From Porphyridium purpureum (Eukaryota): a DNA stretch of 64,000 bases. The position numbers were made by a program, and so were the translations under genes. Shown in pieces: positions 31,759 through 42,774 of this stretch; position 1 is the stretch's first letter; each line of letters opens with the position of its first letter. The stretch lies in NCBI GenBank assembly GCA_008690995.1, contig VRMN01000002.1, forward strand, positions 868,001 through 932,000. The letters run 5' to 3'. The notes under the pieces are model-generated. The model ran no database searches. It worked only from the letters and a program-made list of their open reading frames with translations, and had not been told where the DNA came from.

Positions 31759-33582
31759 TTAGTACATGTCCCTAGTTGAAACAATGACGATGTGAGATTG
31801 TTCGCTTGCGGTGGTCGTGGTGGCGGGGGCATTGGCACGCGGTGGGCTCGCACGGATGTCTGTCCTGCTGCGTGCCTGGTGGAGTTCTCTGAGAGTAGGC
31901 ACATGGTCTGCGTCCTGGACGGAACCAGGGTCCACTCTGCGCATGTTCAGCTTGATTAGTCGTTTCAGGTCCACAACATCCCAGTATCCCGTGTCAGACC
32001 GCCGCTTAGCGTCCGCACTGCACGAGATCAGGCATGAGGATGCTGTTTCTGCTAAAACATGCACGAGGAAGTACATGCGCTTCTTGTGCTTTGCGCCGCT
32101 CGAGGACCCTCGGCGCTGAATCTCTACGCCAAAGGTATAGTCATCGCGCATTTCAATGGTCGAGCGCGGGATTTCTTTGAGCGCCACCCCAAGACATCGC
32201 AATGTGTCAAGAAGTCCAATCGCAGTGAGGAAGCTGAGATCACGAGCCTGCGACAGCGGCTTCCCAGATATACCCGGTGACTTCGCCGCTGCGTCGCTGT
32301 CGCGAGGCGAGGACATCAAAGAAGACCGACTTCGCGCCAAATTCCTGGCGCTTGGAACTCGTACTATCCCCACGCCATGAACTTTGTTGCTTGTTTCGTC
32401 CTTGTGTGTTGATGACTTGAACAAAAATGGCAACGTTTTGGTGGACTTACTTCCTTCCATGCCAACTTCACCTTTTGACGTTGGGGTACCAGAACCAGAT
32501 CGATTTCCAGGATTCTTCCGAAACGAAGAACTTCCAGATAATCGTTTTTGCGGTGTTCTCCGGTCGGGCGTGGCCATGTCGCTGCTTGCATGGATATCCC
32601 GGTCTTTGGCGTGTGCCGATTTTCCACGACGAAGAGTGAAGATTTTTTGCTTGAAGGTCTTGCGCTCATGCAAACTGTGCGTCGATTCCGAGCTCATTCT
32701 CCGACTAAGCTTGTCTCCGCTCTTCAGAGAGCCTTCGCGATCCATGGTCAAGTGGAACATCAGCTCTTTCTCAACGTCGCTCACACTGCCTCGATTGCGA
32801 AGACTCTGTGCTGGAGGCGACGGTCCCGCACCTTCTTCGAGGTCCAGGTCACCTTGTATTGCTGAGCGCCTGTATGTATTCGCTTCAGTCGAAACCCCAG
32901 AACTCCCTGTCCGTGTGGGCTTTGGTGGAAGCGCGCTCCATGATTTTTGCTTGGCAGAAACCAGAACCGGATCGCTTTGCAGAGATGATTCCGCGGTCTC
33001 ATCGGACGCACATTGTTCCTCTCGGGCAGCCAGCGTACGTTCCGTATCTTTCGAGGCATTAGCCATGCTTGACGGCGGAGATTCCGGCCGGCGTCGATTT
33101 AGCCGACCCATCTCAGACCGAATACTGCCGCGCGCACCTTGCGCAGTGACTTCAACCGCGGCGGCCCTTGACTCGGGAGACTGTACTGCATTTACATTCC
33201 TTGCAAGATGAAGCTGAGTGGACGAGTTTTCATCTTCACGCAGGTCCTGGCCGGCCGAGGAGGCCGCAAGCGGTTCTGGCTGCCACGGCACAAACTGACT
33301 CATGAGGCCCGAGTCATCATCATCGCCACACCTCCTGTCCTCGAACCGCGGCACAAGGTCGTCCTTACTCGAGTACCGGTGACTGCTACCCCTATTGCTC
33401 GCGCGCTCCTGCATTTCCATCACTGTCTGCACCAAAGACAAGCTACCCGCGCGCGTCAGTTTCGGCGTTACTGCGTGCGTGTGCGTGTGCGCGTGGGTCT
33501 CCCACGCATGCTCAAAGCCGTCACCAGTCTGCAGATCTTTCAACGACCTGCGGAGCTCCGCCAATTCCAGCTCGTCCCCCAT
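31759..33582 (-). CDS. Hypothetical largely disordered Ser/Arg/Lys-rich protein with a small folded C-terminal region
   Basis: 607-aa ORF; no family recognised. Confidence 0.65.
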   Translation of the reverse strand: MGDELELAELRRSLKDLQTGDGFEHAWETHAHTHTHAVTPKLTRAGSLSLVQTVMEMQERASNRGSSHRYSSKDDLVPRFEDRRCGDDDDSGLMSQFVPWQPEPLAASSAGQDLREDENSSTQLHLARNVNAVQSPESRAAAVEVTAQGARGSIRSEMGRLNRRRPESPPSSMANASKDTERTLAAREEQCASDETAESSLQSDPVLVSAKQKSWSALPPKPTRTGSSGVSTEANTYRRSAIQGDLDLEEGAGPSPPAQSLRNRGSVSDVEKELMFHLTMDREGSLKSGDKLSRRMSSESTHSLHERKTFKQKIFTLRRGKSAHAKDRDIHASSDMATPDRRTPQKRLSGSSSFRKNPGNRSGSGTPTSKGEVGMEGSKSTKTLPFLFKSSTHKDETSNKVHGVGIVRVPSARNLARSRSSLMSSPRDSDAAAKSPGISGKPLSQARDLSFLTAIGLLDTLRCLGVALKEIPRSTIEMRDDYTFGVEIQRRGSSSGAKHKKRMYFLVHVLAETASSCLISCSADAKRRSDTGYWDVVDLKRLIKLNMRRVDPGSVQDADHVPTLRELHQARSRTDIRASPPRANAPATTTTASEQSHIVIVSTRDMY

Positions 33583-33882
33583 CCCGGAGCGTCACGCGGC
33601 AGTCGCCCCGACATCAACCTCTGCTCTCACGCCCCCCCGCTCCTGCCTTCACCCTCGGCACCAACCCTCTCTCAAACCTGTTGCTCAGCTGCTCACACAC
33701 CCTTCCCCCAACGCCCCTGCCTCCCGCGATTCAAACTAAACTGGCTCCCAGGTACTGAGCAACGAGGTACCTTGAAGTACAGCAAATCTCAGTAGTGTAC
33801 ACCGGTGGGTCACACACTGTACCCAACTGTACTTTGCCCGTTCGCAAAATCACGCAGCGTGCAACCTGTTTTTGACCGGTTC

Positions 33883-34000
33883 GGCGGTTCGGCGGTTTGG
33901 CGGTTTGGCGGTTTGGCGGTTTGGCGGTTTGGCGGTTTGGCGGTTTGGCGGTTTGGCGGTTTGGCGGTTTGGCGGTTTGGCGGTTTGGCGGTTTGGCGGT
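33883..34000. repeat. 8-bp tandem repeat (GGCGGTTT)n, about 15 copies
   Basis: Near-perfect array; first unit GGCGGTTC. Confidence 0.95.
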
Positions 34001-34070
34001 AGATGTAATGGAGAGTGGAAGTAGTCGGTGGGAGAGCAAGAGGATGGGGGGGTAAGGAGGGGGATCAAAG

Positions 34071-35684
34071 ATGAGTGATAGGTATATGTTTGTGGGGAAT
34101 TCCTATGGGCATGGACGCCTGGTGAATGCTGGACATGCGCTTGGAAGAGCGCAGGTCTGCGTGGATCGTGCGACCCGTGCCGTGCCATATGCGGCGGGTC
34201 GAGGGTGTGGCGTGGTGTGTTCGTCGTCACTTGAGCAGCAGGTTCCGACAAAACCAACGGTGGAGCTGGAGAAATTTGCCGTGGATACCACGATCAATGT
34301 GTTTCATGTACTCTCCTTTGTTAAAGATAATTATGCCTGGTTCAAACAGATGGCGGCCAGGTTTGGCGACGAGGCGGGCGTGTTTGTGTCGCTGAAGAGC
34401 TTGAACGCCCAGGATTTTCTGATTCTGTTCGATCTTGCCATGTATTATCAAATTACAACGGGTCCAAACAGGGCTTCGTATCCCGATCGTATGCCTGGAG
34501 CCTTCATTCGTGAGTATGTGCAGAAGAACGCACCCCTGGGCCGCGGTTTGGTCTTCTCGAGGGGAGAGTATTGGAGTGAACATCGCAAGATCGCAGCGTC
34601 TGTTTTCCGCACCGGCATTGTGGAAAACTCCCTCCCCAACTCGATTGACAAGAAACTAGACCAACTTCTTCGCCACATGGAAGCGAACGGCAAGCTGAAC
34701 GGCGATCGCATTGATACGTTTGATGTGTTCCAGAGAATTGCGCTCGATGCCGTTGGCGAAGTCGCGCTCGGATGGGACTTTGATGCGTGCGGGGAAGGTG
34801 ACAAGTATGCAGATTTTATGCACGAGATGCTAGGCGCCACGTGGACCCTCGAAGTGCTGGGTCTTCCCATTTATCGACTTCCCTTTAAGGTGGGTCCGGT
34901 CAAGACGTACGAGGTTGCCCGCGCAAAGTGTTTGGATATTATTCTTTCGCTGATGGAGGAGGAAAAGAAGCGAATCCGGGCGGGAGAAGGACCATCGACA
35001 AGCTACCTGAGCCGACTGTTGGAGGCCGGCCAGTCCAATGCGTTCCTGTTCGACGACGAAGCAGTTGTCGCCGATTGTATGGACCTCATGATTGCCGGTC
35101 ACGACACGACGGCAAACTCGCTCGTCGCGGCTGCCCACTTGATTGCCACACATACTGACATTGCGGAGAAGTTGACGGCCGAGGTGGCTGACGTGATGCA
35201 GGGGCGCTGCAACGTATCGTTCCAGGACGTGCAGAAAATGACATATCTGGATTGCTTTGTGAAAGAGAGCCTCAGGCTTTATCCGGCGGCATCACTGACA
35301 TCACGCCTTAGTGTAAAAGACGAAGTGTTGGTGGGCATAGACGGGAAGCGGTACTTTCTGCCCAAGGGCAAAATGATAACGATGCCTAACATATTGTACG
35401 CGACATCCGCGAAGTACTGGTCCGAACCTTTCGTGGTGCGTCCAGAGCGCTTCGCGCCCGGAGGGGAGTATGAACGTATGCCGCTCAAAGCATGGGTGCC
35501 TTTCGGCGCTGGACCACACGTTTGCATCGGCCAGCACTTTGCTCTGCTGGAAATGAAGCTCATTCTTGCCGGTATCTTGGCGCGCGGATGCCGCTTCACA
35601 GACCCGCAAGTGCCAGATCTCGATCCCGTCTTTGGCATCACCGTCTCCTTTCCCAAAGGAAAATTCATGCGAGTAGTACGATGA
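34071..35684 (+). CDS. Cytochrome P450, probably plastid-targeted
   Basis: AGHDTT I-helix, KESLR (ExxR), PERF, FGAGPHVCIG heme ligand. Confidence 0.95.
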   Translation: MSDRYMFVGNSYGHGRLVNAGHALGRAQVCVDRATRAVPYAAGRGCGVVCSSSLEQQVPTKPTVELEKFAVDTTINVFHVLSFVKDNYAWFKQMAARFGDEAGVFVSLKSLNAQDFLILFDLAMYYQITTGPNRASYPDRMPGAFIREYVQKNAPLGRGLVFSRGEYWSEHRKIAASVFRTGIVENSLPNSIDKKLDQLLRHMEANGKLNGDRIDTFDVFQRIALDAVGEVALGWDFDACGEGDKYADFMHEMLGATWTLEVLGLPIYRLPFKVGPVKTYEVARAKCLDIILSLMEEEKKRIRAGEGPSTSYLSRLLEAGQSNAFLFDDEAVVADCMDLMIAGHDTTANSLVAAAHLIATHTDIAEKLTAEVADVMQGRCNVSFQDVQKMTYLDCFVKESLRLYPAASLTSRLSVKDEVLVGIDGKRYFLPKGKMITMPNILYATSAKYWSEPFVVRPERFAPGGEYERMPLKAWVPFGAGPHVCIGQHFALLEMKLILAGILARGCRFTDPQVPDLDPVFGITVSFPKGKFMRVVR

Positions 35685-35721
35685 ACCACTATCGACGCGT
35701 CGAGGCATGTAGTTGCGTCCG

Positions 35722-36558
35722 CTAAAATTCGAAATCGTCTGAAAACTCTGCAAAGCCGCTCGAGGTAGCTTTCTTATTGTTCTTAATGTGAAACAGCACA
35801 CGGATGACTTCTCCGAGACATTTCGCCTCCGCTGGCATTTCGTCAAAGTACCCAAACTGTACTGTGCCTCTCACATCCCACACAAAGAACACCCCGGGCG
35901 CGAATTCGGTCCGCGCCCTTTCGACGACCACAACAACCTCGCACGCCGGATTGATCGGGATGTTGAGTTCTGTGTTCTTCGCGAGAATGACCACCGGGTT
36001 TAAGACGGCCGTGATGGCCTGGTCTTCTGCTGGCAGCGTCATCAGCTGAAACTTGTTTCCGGAAATCTCCACGCCATTCCAGACAGAACCAACGTCTACC
36101 CTGTTCAACTTGGGCGCCGCAATGACGTCCTCTGGTGAGAGGTCTTGGATCCACCCAAGGACCGGCGCCATGCGTGGCATGAAATCCGGGTCGTCGATTC
36201 TTGTCAGCGGCGCAAAGCGGCCCTTCTCGCCGTGCTTGAGCGGAGTCAACAGATCGACACCCGCTTGTTCCGCTGCGGCCAGCTTCTCTTTCCGCTTGCG
36301 CGCATCCTCCTCCTCCTTCTTCTTAATCAACGCCTGTATCACACGCTGCATTTCCTCGTCCGACATCTTATCAAAGCTATCACCCCGTGGCGCCGGCGGC
36401 TCTCCCCCTTGAACCATACTGATCGCTGTCGCGCTTAATCGCTTCCTGCCCCCGACCACTTTTGCACCCACCCCACCGCACACATTCGACCTCCTTGCGA
36501 AAACCCCATGGCTACTACTCCCGTAGCACACATTTCCTAACCCCACGAACGCTCCCAT
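35722..36558 (-). CDS. Hypothetical plastid-targeted protein
   Basis: MGAFVG transit peptide, coiled coil, globular C-terminus ending SSGFAEFSDDFEF; start uncertain. Confidence 0.65.
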   Translation of the reverse strand: MGAFVGLGNVCYGSSSHGVFARRSNVCGGVGAKVVGGRKRLSATAISMVQGGEPPAPRGDSFDKMSDEEMQRVIQALIKKKEEEDARKRKEKLAAAEQAGVDLLTPLKHGEKGRFAPLTRIDDPDFMPRMAPVLGWIQDLSPEDVIAAPKLNRVDVGSVWNGVEISGNKFQLMTLPAEDQAITAVLNPVVILAKNTELNIPINPACEVVVVVERARTEFAPGVFFVWDVRGTVQFGYFDEMPAEAKCLGEVIRVLFHIKNNKKATSSGFAEFSDDFEF

Positions 36559-37678
36559 CGTCATCATCGCCATCACCATCGCCACGTCTCGTGCTTCTCT
36601 CTCTCTCTCTCCTCTCTCGCCTCTTCCTTCTCCAGATGCTCCCGCCATCGCCGCCCGTCTCGACGTGCAAGGTTTAAAAAACAACATTAAATTAATAAAC
36701 GCAACCCATCGGTCAGAGTGACTTACACTGCTGTACGTTTTCCAACGCACTGCCGTTACGTTCTCATGCTGCGCGCCTCGTTCGAAAATTTGAAATCGCC
36801 AACACGCAAACACGCGCGGCAAAGCGCGCGGACACGCGAACAGCGGCGCCGCACGAAAGGAGCCAAGCTGGAGGTGACCGGAAATGACCGCAAGATGGAA
36901 TGATCTCGCTCTCATCCTCTGCGTCCTGTCCACCTCACCCCAGCCTTCTCATCCATCTCATCCATGACACTTGACGACCGTTTCGGGAATTGGAGCACGA
37001 CTGTGGAAAGCGGTTATGATGTCGATCCGGCACGTGGAGAAAGCAGGAGGAGCAGTGGCATAACACTTGATTCTTTCACCTCACCAAGAAGCGCCCACAC
37101 GAAATGATTTGACCATGCGGGTTTCTGGTGACCTTCTGAAAAGGATGCGAGTACACAGCGGAGGTGGGAAGCGTCTCATGGACGCCTGGTGAACTTGGAG
37201 CCGTTGCAAGAACACCTGACGGTCGAGTTATCTAGATTTATGGATTCAACGCAGAGCTTCCCATGCAGTGAAGTCGGTCGAATCGATATGCTTCAATGCG
37301 CTCGTAGTAGTGTTGGTGTGGGTAATTCACGGATCTCGAACCCAACCCCTCTGCCTGTTCTGAGACGAACGGCGTGAGACAAAAGCCAAACCGACTTAAA
37401 AGGAAGTAACGTGTCTGAGTTGCACAAGCTTGGTAGCGTGTGTAGACATGTGCCTGTGGAGGCAAGCAGAAGCGCGCACAACGTGTTTACTCCAGCGTGC
37501 GATGAGGATAAAGGGGCAGGAAGACGCCATAAGGGAGACGGATTCTTTGGTTCCTTCGGAAGAGCTGGCTGCTTTACTGCCAGCCGCTGTGCAGACGTCC
37601 TATCGGTTCGAATCGAAACATTTTTAAGGCCTGCAAGAGCACGCACAAGTGCGACAGAAGTCGCGTGGGCTAAGGAAT

Positions 37679-38378
37679 ATGGATGAAAGTGGAATGCAGG
37701 ATGGGGCGTTCACGGAGTCTAACCTCGAGTTTTTCCAGCATTTTGACTCTGTGGCTACGTACGATCCGCTTGAATTGGTCCTGCCGGACTCAGTTATATT
37801 AGATGAGCAGGAGGCACTTCATGACCGCTACTTGTGCCAAAAGCCAGCGGACTATGTTGCGTCTCCAGCCATCGGCTTTCCTCATAGCATGAGTGCGATT
37901 ACAGAGGCAAGCGTCGGCGTACCCGTTACCTATTCTGAGCAAAGCTTGCTCGGGTCAAGTGGGTACGAAGTGAGCTACCGTGAGACTGCCACGTGCAGCA
38001 CACCGGCCGTACATAGTATGGCGTGGAAAGAGTCTGTATCGGCGCCACAGCTAGGTGCTACGTGTCACTACACGCAGCAGCCGAACGTGGCGGAGGCCTC
38101 TTTCATCAGCATTCTAGAAGAGCAACGACACAGTCACAAGTACGATCGGCAGTCGTACAACAACAACAACAACAGGGACCAGCCCAAATCATTTCACATG
38201 GAGCACCGGCGCGAGGCAGAGAGCTTGCTGTCAAAAGCGCCAATTCTGGGAAATGCAACCTTCTGCTACTCAAAAGAGCAGACATTTAATGGCGGTCTCC
38301 CATGGATGCACGACCACGCCGGGCCAGACTCAGTGCAAGCTCCCGGAAAGAACGAGCTGCCCCACGTGCTTGTGCAGC

Positions 38379-38410
<32 letters not shown>

Positions 38411-39064
38411 AGGGCTGAGGCTCAGCCATCATTTTATTACCCGCGGCATCAGGCGCACGGCGACAATCGCATGACCGCCACATTCCACGGAAAGTCTGCG
38501 ATGGGCTTATTTCGTGCAGGCGGTGTCGATGAGGCTCTAGGATCGTACACCCCGGATGACATGATCTGCACGAGCGAAAGCCCCAGCCAAGCGACCCCCT
38601 TGAAGAAAACGGTGTCAAAGAAAGGCAGGGCGACTGCAGTGCGAAAGCAATTGTCCGCCAAGAGCAAGCCCGGGAGCACCATAGGAGTACCATCAAAGTA
38701 CTGCCACATCTGCGCGCGCGACACCCAGAACGGCAACCCGCGGGCGCTCGTTTGCATGAATGTGGCAGAAGGAGAGTGTCGCAAAATCGTTTGCGAGATC
38801 TGCTTTCCTGGGTCAGACGTCGAGTTTGTCATGCACTCGGAAGGCATTGTGAAATTTTTGTGTCCACACTGTGAAGGAATTTGCCCAGACATTGCGCGCT
38901 GCAAGCTGTACGACAGAATCAACGCTAAGCGTGACGGCAAAAAGAAAGTGGCAGCCACGCCCGCGACCAAGCAGAACATATTCACGAACTCTACGTTCAC
39001 GGGCTCCATTCGCGACATGATGCCGACATGGGGTACGCAGACCATGCACAACGTGCCGCGCTAG
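37679..39064 (+). CDS. Putative transcription/chromatin regulator with polyQ and a C-terminal multi-CxxC zinc finger
   Basis: (CAA)n polyQ at about 38375-38410; SKYCHIC...C..N...CRKIVCEIC...CPHCEGIC....C..Y. Confidence 0.75.
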
Positions 39065-39219
39065 ACTTCAACAAGGACGGATCGGAACCATGCCATGACT
39101 GCATTTTATCCTCTAGATGATCGACTTCGTTGGATTCTCCTCCCCTGTAATTTTCTTTCCCCGCGAACGTAAAAATGCTGTAGTTATTTTGGATCATCAT
39201 CTTCCTTCCGCTTCTCCGA

Positions 39220-40782
39220 CTACAGCTCCTTGGCTTCCCCAGAGATTGTCCGAGATGCTCGTCCGCTCGTCTTGACATCAAAGCAGGCTTGAAGATTTTC
39301 ACAGGTTGCATGCAAAGCAGTATTGCACTGAACAAAGATAGCCGGCTCGACGGCTACAACTGCAGACAACTCTGCCCATGAAAGTGCTTTGGGAAATCGC
39401 AGCCGACGAAAAGCAGGCTCCTCGTGAATAAGCATGAATCCATCTACCGTTGGTCGCTCCGTGACCAGCAGTTCGAAATCGCTGACCCAAGTTAGAATTG
39501 AATGGTCCTCCTCCTTGGAGTACAGCCACTTGCCATCGTCCCTTTCTAAGAATCTGTTGATGCCTGTCGTGGCACTTTTTGCGTCGATGTGCACTCGCAA
39601 GGGCCCGCGTGTAGAGTTACCCTCACACTCGGCGCTTCCGTGAATAAGACCATCTAGCGCACGTCCTCCGGGGTAATTCCAGTACGAGGCGCTGGCGTAG
39701 AGCGGAAGTAGCGCGGCGGATACTAGCAGAATTCCTAGCGACATTATCCAAGCTAGCCGTGATTGCTTCGAAGAGGATCGCCCTGTCCACACGGTGGCGA
39801 CCGTGGTCGCAGCGCACACGTTGCACGCTGGAATAGCATAGAAAATGAAACGGAGCTCCTTGTGGGGCAAGAAGGAATACAGTGCCACAAACATCACGAA
39901 TGGCACACACGTCCTTCTGCAGGACGGATCTTGTACGAGACCAAACGCCGCAAGAGGGAATGCACCGGCCAAAGCGCGCGGCAAAGCTGACGTGAAGTAC
40001 CAATGGAAGGGACTGACACCCCAGTCCGACGACTTGTTCAGCACTGCATTAAAGTAAAATACCTCAAGTTCCGGGTAACTCAGCCGCTGCCAAAAGTAAG
40101 AATCGACGGCCACGGAGAAGAATGCCGTGACCAATGCACTGCTGAACAGCTTGAGCGCTATACGCACGAGCGATTCAAGGCTGTGATTTTTCAGCGGCCA
40201 TAGATCCACCACGAGACAGCAGATGAGCAGCAGCACCACTTCCGATCGTAGCAATGCTACCACCACCGCGAGCAGGATCCAGCTCGCTTCAAATCGGCGG
40301 CGGATGCGCATGGCAAGCGCCGCATTCGTCAGAATCAACGCAAATGTGTTCGGCAGCGTTCGAGATGCATAGTAGAGCGCGTGAAACTGAGCGCAACTTA
40401 CGACCACAAATGCACGCGCAATAACCACGCCATGAGATGCCTCCAATGCACCAGCAATAAGATCGAGCGACCATGCCGAAGCAGCACCCACGACAAGCCG
40501 CGCCACCAAGTGGACCAGGCGCTTCCCGGTTGCTCCAAGAAGGAGCCGGAAAGGGAATGCCAACGCTGCAATCACACACGGAATTATAAATGTGCGAGGC
40601 ACGATGCCTGGAAATGCGACGTGATCAAAGTGCTGCTGAATATTGTCCCGCCTCCACCATGCGTGATACAAGAGATCATGCACCGCCTGCGTGTTGAAGG
40701 ACTCTTCCACTTTCTGGTAACAAGGTGCAAGCGCTACGTACGCCAGAATCCAACAAAACGGCAAGGCCCGGTACAACCGCAT
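39220..40782 (-). CDS. ALG12: Dol-P-Man alpha-1,6-mannosyltransferase (GT22)
   Basis: KVEESFNTQAVHDL, FPGIVPRTF, SRTLPN, VDSYFW, PHKELRF, NYPGG. Confidence 0.95.
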   Translation of the reverse strand: MRLYRALPFCWILAYVALAPCYQKVEESFNTQAVHDLLYHAWWRRDNIQQHFDHVAFPGIVPRTFIIPCVIAALAFPFRLLLGATGKRLVHLVARLVVGAASAWSLDLIAGALEASHGVVIARAFVVVSCAQFHALYYASRTLPNTFALILTNAALAMRIRRRFEASWILLAVVVALLRSEVVLLLICCLVVDLWPLKNHSLESLVRIALKLFSSALVTAFFSVAVDSYFWQRLSYPELEVFYFNAVLNKSSDWGVSPFHWYFTSALPRALAGAFPLAAFGLVQDPSCRRTCVPFVMFVALYSFLPHKELRFIFYAIPACNVCAATTVATVWTGRSSSKQSRLAWIMSLGILLVSAALLPLYASASYWNYPGGRALDGLIHGSAECEGNSTRGPLRVHIDAKSATTGINRFLERDDGKWLYSKEEDHSILTWVSDFELLVTERPTVDGFMLIHEEPAFRRLRFPKALSWAELSAVVAVEPAIFVQCNTALHATCENLQACFDVKTSGRASRTISGEAKEL

Positions 40783-41103
40783 CGCACATCTGACGTGTCG
40801 CGCGGTTGCGAATCGCTTTCATCTGCAGTTACACCAATCGCGTCAGCTGCCTTCCCCAGTTGGCCGCCTCTATGCAGAGAAAGCAAGCGCTTCGCCGACA
40901 ATGAAGTCTCTTTACTTGTTGTAGCGACAATGTCAGGGTGGGTGCGTCTTTGCCGCCTCTGGATGATCTGCTCAGTGTGAAGGAGAAGTGAAAAAGGCAA
41001 CTATGGGGCAAGCGCACGCGCCTCGCTGACGAAGTCAAGGTCACGCAGCCTTACCTGACGTAGACGAGCTTGGATCTGGGACAGCTTCGCTCGCAAGTCC
41101 AGT

Positions 41104-42417
41104 TCATCGGCAAATACCTTTGGCTCTGCGCATGGGTTGGGTGCGTCTAGAAGAACAGCTCAAGGCTTGCCGTGACTCTGTATGCTCAGCTTTCGGTGCT
41201 GCCCGCCGTGACCTGATGGTCTCGTCGTGACGGGCACATTCAGTCTCCGAGCTATAATCTCCGCGAGCACGCCGCGCCTGGCCTCGCACTGTAGCTTCCA
41301 GAACAGCGAATCGAATATGCAGGGACTGAAGCTTCGCATCGATGGACAATAACGTTTCTTGTAGCGACGCGCGGCCGAAGCACGCAGCATACAGACCACG
41401 AAGAAGACCGAAAAGACACGCGTATCGCATCGCACGAACCGAAAGAAATGAATGCTCTGCATCTCTTCCAAGACTTGTGACATACAACAGAGCGCGAGCA
41501 ACCCCGCGACTGCTGAACAGTGGTGATGGCGATAAAAAATGCAAGAGAAGCGTGGATGAAAGTAGCTGCGTTCCTTCCCAGAACGAGAGAGGAAGATGAA
41601 TCAGAGCCAGAGCTACAACATTGATCCACACAGGCGCGAAAACGGCAAACCATACGCACGCCAAAACTTGCGACACGTTTCGAAATGTGGCTGCAAAAGA
41701 TACAGCACAGCGCCGTGCTTCATCCACGCTCGCTTGCAGACGCTCGCTTTGGCGGTCAAAGAAAAGCTTCTGCGCATGTACAGATGTCTCCATGAGCTCG
41801 AGACTGGTTGACATTCGCTGTTCTGCGTCAAGTAATCGAGCGTGAGAGCTAAGTAGCCGATTATTGACCTCGAGGAGCTGTTCAGAAACAAAATTCTGCT
41901 CTTTTAGCCAATCTGCCGCATGCATGGTAGCCTCAAGAAGCTTTGTCCAACTTTCCTGAACGTGCAGAAGCTGCATATTCCCACGAATTAAGGAGCAGAG
42001 TCCTGGCGTGTGAGTAAGAAACAAGGAAAAGACTTGGAACTGTTCTGCTGACATGCGTGACGTGCATTTGTGTAGCGCGGCGTCATTTTTACAGCTCCAT
42101 ATCTTCCGGTGTGATTCACGAAGATGGCACTCGGCTAGCTGCAAGGCAAGCCGACCCATACTGTCCTCACTCAGCTGTGTGCACCCGCTGGTGGCATACC
42201 GATCGACGGCATCCACATAACAGCTCGTATACTGAGAGTCCAAGCTGGATGCGGTCCCTAGTAAGTCTAGCGCGCTTTGCTTGTACGACTCGATGGTGGA
42301 CAGATGGGACAAGACATCAAACTCGGACTCGTCATGTCGCGATAATGCGACAACGAGGGTATTCGAAAGAAACCACGCGACAAGACTGCACCCAAAGAAG
42401 GCTGAAGAAGCTCCCAT
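41104..42417 (-). CDS. GEX1: GEX1/KAR5/Brambleberry nuclear-fusion protein
   Basis: Signal peptide; Cys-rich SCY..AV......GC..L......RLALQLAECHL..S.R....C........CT..M....F..F..F..H...LC; coiled coil; C-terminal TMs. Confidence 0.85.
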   Translation of the reverse strand: MGASSAFFGCSLVAWFLSNTLVVALSRHDESEFDVLSHLSTIESYKQSALDLLGTASSLDSQYTSCYVDAVDRYATSGCTQLSEDSMGRLALQLAECHLRESHRKIWSCKNDAALHKCTSRMSAEQFQVFSLFLTHTPGLCSLIRGNMQLLHVQESWTKLLEATMHAADWLKEQNFVSEQLLEVNNRLLSSHARLLDAEQRMSTSLELMETSVHAQKLFFDRQSERLQASVDEARRCAVSFAATFRNVSQVLACVWFAVFAPVWINVVALALIHLPLSFWEGTQLLSSTLLLHFLSPSPLFSSRGVARALLYVTSLGRDAEHSFLSVRAMRYACLFGLLRGLYAACFGRASLQETLLSIDAKLQSLHIRFAVLEATVRGQARRARGDYSSETECARHDETIRSRRAAPKAEHTESRQALSCSSRRTQPMRRAKGICR

Positions 42418-42774
42418 GACGCCCCTGCAGAAGAAGGGACCACGACAAGAGAAACAACGGTCACTTTCTTTCTCGCCCTGCACCGCCCCTGGCCCGACGA
42501 TTCCTTCCCATTGCCAGGAGGGAGGCTGGCAGGACCCCGCCGTCTTCTGCGCCTCTTCTTGAAAGCATACCCTCCCGAGTACTGCATTCCAAAAGTTATG
42601 ATGTCTCTGACTCCCATTTTGTCGCAGCAACGGTCTAGATTCATCAAGTCAATACTTATCGCCGCGACTGATGGCCATTGACCACACGCCTAGAACGTTG
42701 ATGTCGACGGACCTGAGTCGCAAATCAGCTTGGCCTCAGGCGTCCAGGCACGTGATGCGATGCCTTTTCTTCCT

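Noticed and set aside
33731..34257. ORFs with TAKPPNRQ / RFGGLAVW repeats
   Set aside because: Translation artefacts of the 8-bp repeat.
36940..37650. Short ORFs upstream of the zinc-finger gene
   Set aside because: No recognisable product; likely promoter or long 5' UTR.
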